Shown here piece by piece: positions 61,250 through 64,000 of a stretch of DNA of 64,000 nt; the first letter of the stretch is position 1, and the number at the start of each line of letters is the position of its first letter. Under the pieces are notes generated by a model, which worked only from the letters and a program-made list of their open reading frames with translations, was not told where the DNA came from and searched no databases. The DNA is from an uncultured delta proteobacterium (GTDB lineage Bacteria; Desulfobacterota; Desulfobacteria; Desulfobacterales; Desulfatirhabdiaceae), in NCBI GenBank assembly GCA_963789395.1, contig CAWBKP010000003.1, positions 1-64,000 of the forward strand, written 5' to 3'. The position numbers were made by a program, and so were the translations under genes.

Positions 61250-62328
61250 ATGTCAATTCTTTTTCCAAAACCGTTCTCGGCCTTCAGACATTACAGAATC
61301 ATCTGGTCATGGCGCCGATGACGCGCAGCCGCGCAATCGACAATATTCCCGGTGCACTCATGGAAGAGTACTACGCACAGCGGGCCACCGCGGGGCTTAT
61401 TATCACCGAGGGAACGTCGCCCTCACCGAATGGGTTGGGTTACCCGCGCATTCCGGGGATCTTCTCACCGGCTCAGGTTGAGGGGTGGAAACGCATTACC
61501 GATGCGGTGCACGCCAAGGGTGCAAAGATCTTCGTCCAGATCATGCACTGCGGACGAATCGCCCATCCGCTGAATCTGCCTGCGGGAGCGCGCGTGCTGG
61601 CACCTTCGGCCGTGGCAGCGGCCGGCGAGATGTACACGGATGCAGAGGGCATGAAGCCGCATCCCGTGCCGCAGGCGATGACCGAGCCGGACATCAAGAC
61701 CGTCGTCAACGAGTTTGTTCAGGCAGCAAAGAATGCAGTGAAAGCTGGGTTTGACGGCGTCGAGCTGCACAGCGCGAACGGCTATCTGCTCGAACAGTTC
61801 ATCCGTCCGAACACGAATCTGCGCACCGACGGTTATGGCGGTTCGATAGAGAACCGCGCGCGTTTTGTGCTGGAAGTGGCAGATGGGGTAATCGGCGCCA
61901 TTGGCAAGGACAAGGTCGGCATCCGGCTTTCGCCTTTCGGCGTGTTCAACGACATGCCGCTATACGACGCAATGGAAGCGGATTACGCTTACCTGGCAGA
62001 ACAGCTCAATGCCCGCGGGCTGGTGTATATCCACCTTGTGGATCACTCGCCCATGGGCGCGCCGCCGGTGCCTGACGTCATGAAGGCGGCATTCCGCAAG
62101 CTGTTCAAGCGGTCGTTGATACTTTCAGGCGGGTATGATGCTGAACGAGCCGAAAGTGATCTGACAGCGGGTAAATGCGATCTGATTGCCGTGGGGCGGC
62201 CTTTCCTTGCCAATCCCGATCTGGTGGATCGATGGCAGACCGGCGCGGCCGTTAACGCGCCGGATATGGCTACGTTCTACACGCCCGGACCCAGGGGCTA
62301 CACCGACTACCCGGTGTTGACGAAATAG
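61250..62328 (+). CDS. Old-yellow-enzyme family alkene reductase (NemA-like); likely 1-bp deletion in a T run just after the start
   Basis: MAPMTRSRA, YYAQRA, HSANGYL, NLRTDGYGG, GRPFLANPDL, GYTDYP. AGGAGG RBS precedes an out-of-frame ATG at 61250; adding one T gives MSILFSKT. Confidence 0.88.
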
Positions 62329-62708
62329 GTTGGAAAAAACAGAAGGTATTGCAAATAATTCCTGTCAGGAATTTAAATAATAATTTATTTGACTAAGGAG
62401 ATCATAATTCAATAGACATATAGCCAGCCCTGAGCACTGTCAAATCAACCAACAGCCTGATCTGTATGGACTTTATGTCTTTTTACTTATGGTCTCCTGA
62501 GTATCTATGAAATAGCCTCCCTGCCAGAGCTGATAATATGATAAGAATTACTTTTCAAGACCAGAACGAAAATAGGGGGGGGTACCGAGTATTTTTCTCT
62601 GATTTACGGCTAAGGCAATCTGAATGGCTGATCAGTGGTCAGCTTGACCACTGCCAGATGCCGGAAAACCTAAACGGCAATTGTCATAAAAATAGCCCGA
62701 ATGGAAAA

Positions 62709-64000
62709 CTAACCACCCGGTAACCAGACCGTTATTCTGGTCCATGCCCCTGCTTCACTTTCCATTTTCACGCGGCCGCCGTGAAGCTGAACAATCTTTT
62801 TGACAATTGCAAGGCCCAGTCCGGCGCCCCCGTATTGTGTCGAACGGGATTTCTCCACCCGATAGAACGTATCGAACACCCTGGGCAGCTCTTCCTTCGG
62901 GATACCGGGACCTGTATTTCTGACGGAAAGATAGATCCGGGCTTGTTTCTCGGTGACATGAACCTGTATCCGACCGTTTTCGGTATTGTATTTGACGGCA
63001 TTGTCAAGGATGTTGATAAGGACTCTACGAATCTGGTCTCTGTCACCGTGCATCCGGAGCTGTCGGGGCATTTCGGTTTCAAGCCGGATAGCGGCCCGCT
63101 TCAGCAAGGGTTCAAAATCCGCCTCTACCGAGTAAACCAGATCCGCTACATTGAACGATTCCCATGCCAGCGGTGTCCGGATTTCCAGAACGGACAGCTC
63201 CAAGAGCGTTTTGACCAGCCTGTCCATGCGCAAGACATTGTGCATCTGGCTATCCATCTGTTGTTGAAAGGCTTCCGGTAAATCCCTGCGCTGCATCGCT
63301 TCATCAAAAAAGAACCTCAGCATGGCAATGGGACTTTTGAGTTCATGTGAGGCATCGGCTATAAATTGTTTCTGCCGGGCAAAGGAAAACTGGAGCCGAT
63401 CGAACATTTGATTCAGACAAGTGGCAAGTTCATGAATTTCATCGCGGCTGCTTCCCGGAGGAATTCTTTTTTCCAAAGAGTTTTCGTTGATGTCTCGGGC
63501 AAGCCGATTGATGGTTGCAATCGGTTCTACGATCCGGCCGGCCATTGCAAAACTCAGACCCAGCAGCAAGACGGTCGAGACAGCCAAACCGATGGCGATG
63601 GCAACCAATAAGTCGGAAGACTCCTCTTCCAAGTTTTCCATGGGCCTGGCGATCTGAATCAGATAAGGCAGCCCATGGATATTGATCTCAATCACCCGAA
63701 CTCTGAAAGAGGCTTCATCGTCATCGTCCTGGTGAGGATCGATACGCTTCCTCGGGATCTGTGCAATTACCGTGTACCCATTTTCACTCCTATCCCGATA
63801 TAATGGCAGATCCACCACTTTGGACATCTCGGATTGATACACAACGCGCTGATCTTGGTCGTAACCCTTGATCCAATAACGCTCAGAAGATACGAGCGGC
63901 ACCTTGGCTGGCTCGTTATCCAAAGGGTTTTCCCCCGTGGCCAGTTGCATGGCCACGACATCCGCCACCGCCTTCAGCTGCGCATCCATTATTTTTAATG
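62709..64000 (-). CDS. Two-component sensor histidine kinase (CusS/heavy-metal-sensor-like), 5' end outside the window
   Basis: TM-HAMP (DEIHELATCLNQM), ADASHELKSP H-box, NILDNAVKY, GAGLGL. Confidence 0.88.
   Translation of the reverse strand, partial: LKIMDAQLKAVADVVAMQLATGENPLDNEPAKVPLVSSERYWIKGYDQDQRVVYQSEMSKVVDLPLYRDRSENGYTVIAQIPRKRIDPHQDDDDEASFRVRVIEINIHGLPYLIQIARPMENLEEESSDLLVAIAIGLAVSTVLLLGLSFAMAGRIVEPIATINRLARDINENSLEKRIPPGSSRDEIHELATCLNQMFDRLQFSFARQKQFIADASHELKSPIAMLRFFFDEAMQRRDLPEAFQQQMDSQMHNVLRMDRLVKTLLELSVLEIRTPLAWESFNVADLVYSVEADFEPLLKRAAIRLETEMPRQLRMHGDRDQIRRVLINILDNAVKYNTENGRIQVHVTEKQARIYLSVRNTGPGIPKEELPRVFDTFYRVEKSRSTQYGGAGLGLAIVKKIVQLHGGRVKMESEAGAWTRITVWLPGG

Noticed and set aside
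1..64000. CRISPR array, cas genes, tRNA or rRNA genes
   Set aside because: No regularly spaced identical repeats, cas-like ORFs or recognisable tRNA/rRNA sequence were seen by eye.

Overview
A 64-kb chromosomal window from what gene content suggests is a sulfate-reducing deltaproteobacterium (Desulfobacterales-like; inferred). Bases 1-14.7 kb (minus strand) hold a respiratory supercluster: a 16-heme Hmc complex operon (hmcA-F), a signalling block (hypothetical protein, tandem USP, response regulator, REC-PAS-PAS histidine kinase), a Tmc complex operon (tmcD-C-B-A) and a DivK-like regulator. Bases 15-26 kb are housekeeping genes (coaBC, UDG, phosphoesterase, radical SAM, DegP, an EF-G paralogue, an ATPase). 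Bases 26-42 kb hold ETF/ETF-QO, a 2-oxoacid:ferredoxin oxidoreductase, and a GntR-linked amino-acid catabolic cluster (racemase-like protein, Liv-type ABC transporter, FAD oxidoreductase, ALDH7-like dehydrogenase). Bases 42-52 kb carry a coupled dusB-aminotransferase-engB-era-ATP-grasp-HNH-PP2C string and an ABC exporter. Bases 52.8-56.6 kb encode a YeeE/YedE-rhodanese sulfur-relay cluster and mobB. Bases 56.7-59.2 kb are a nested mobile hotspot: an intact IS110-family recombinase with a structured non-coding end whose motif recurs downstream, a ~300-bp ORF-less IS200/IS605-like element carrying highly structured cargo, and a decapitated integron-like cassette ORF with an attC-like site. A Kef-type antiporter, an OYE-family reductase and a partial sensor kinase follow. 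Single-base frameshifts in several genes (coaBC, UDG, fusA, engB, mobB, OYE) most likely reflect sequencing error. All calls come from reading the sequence; no database searches were run.
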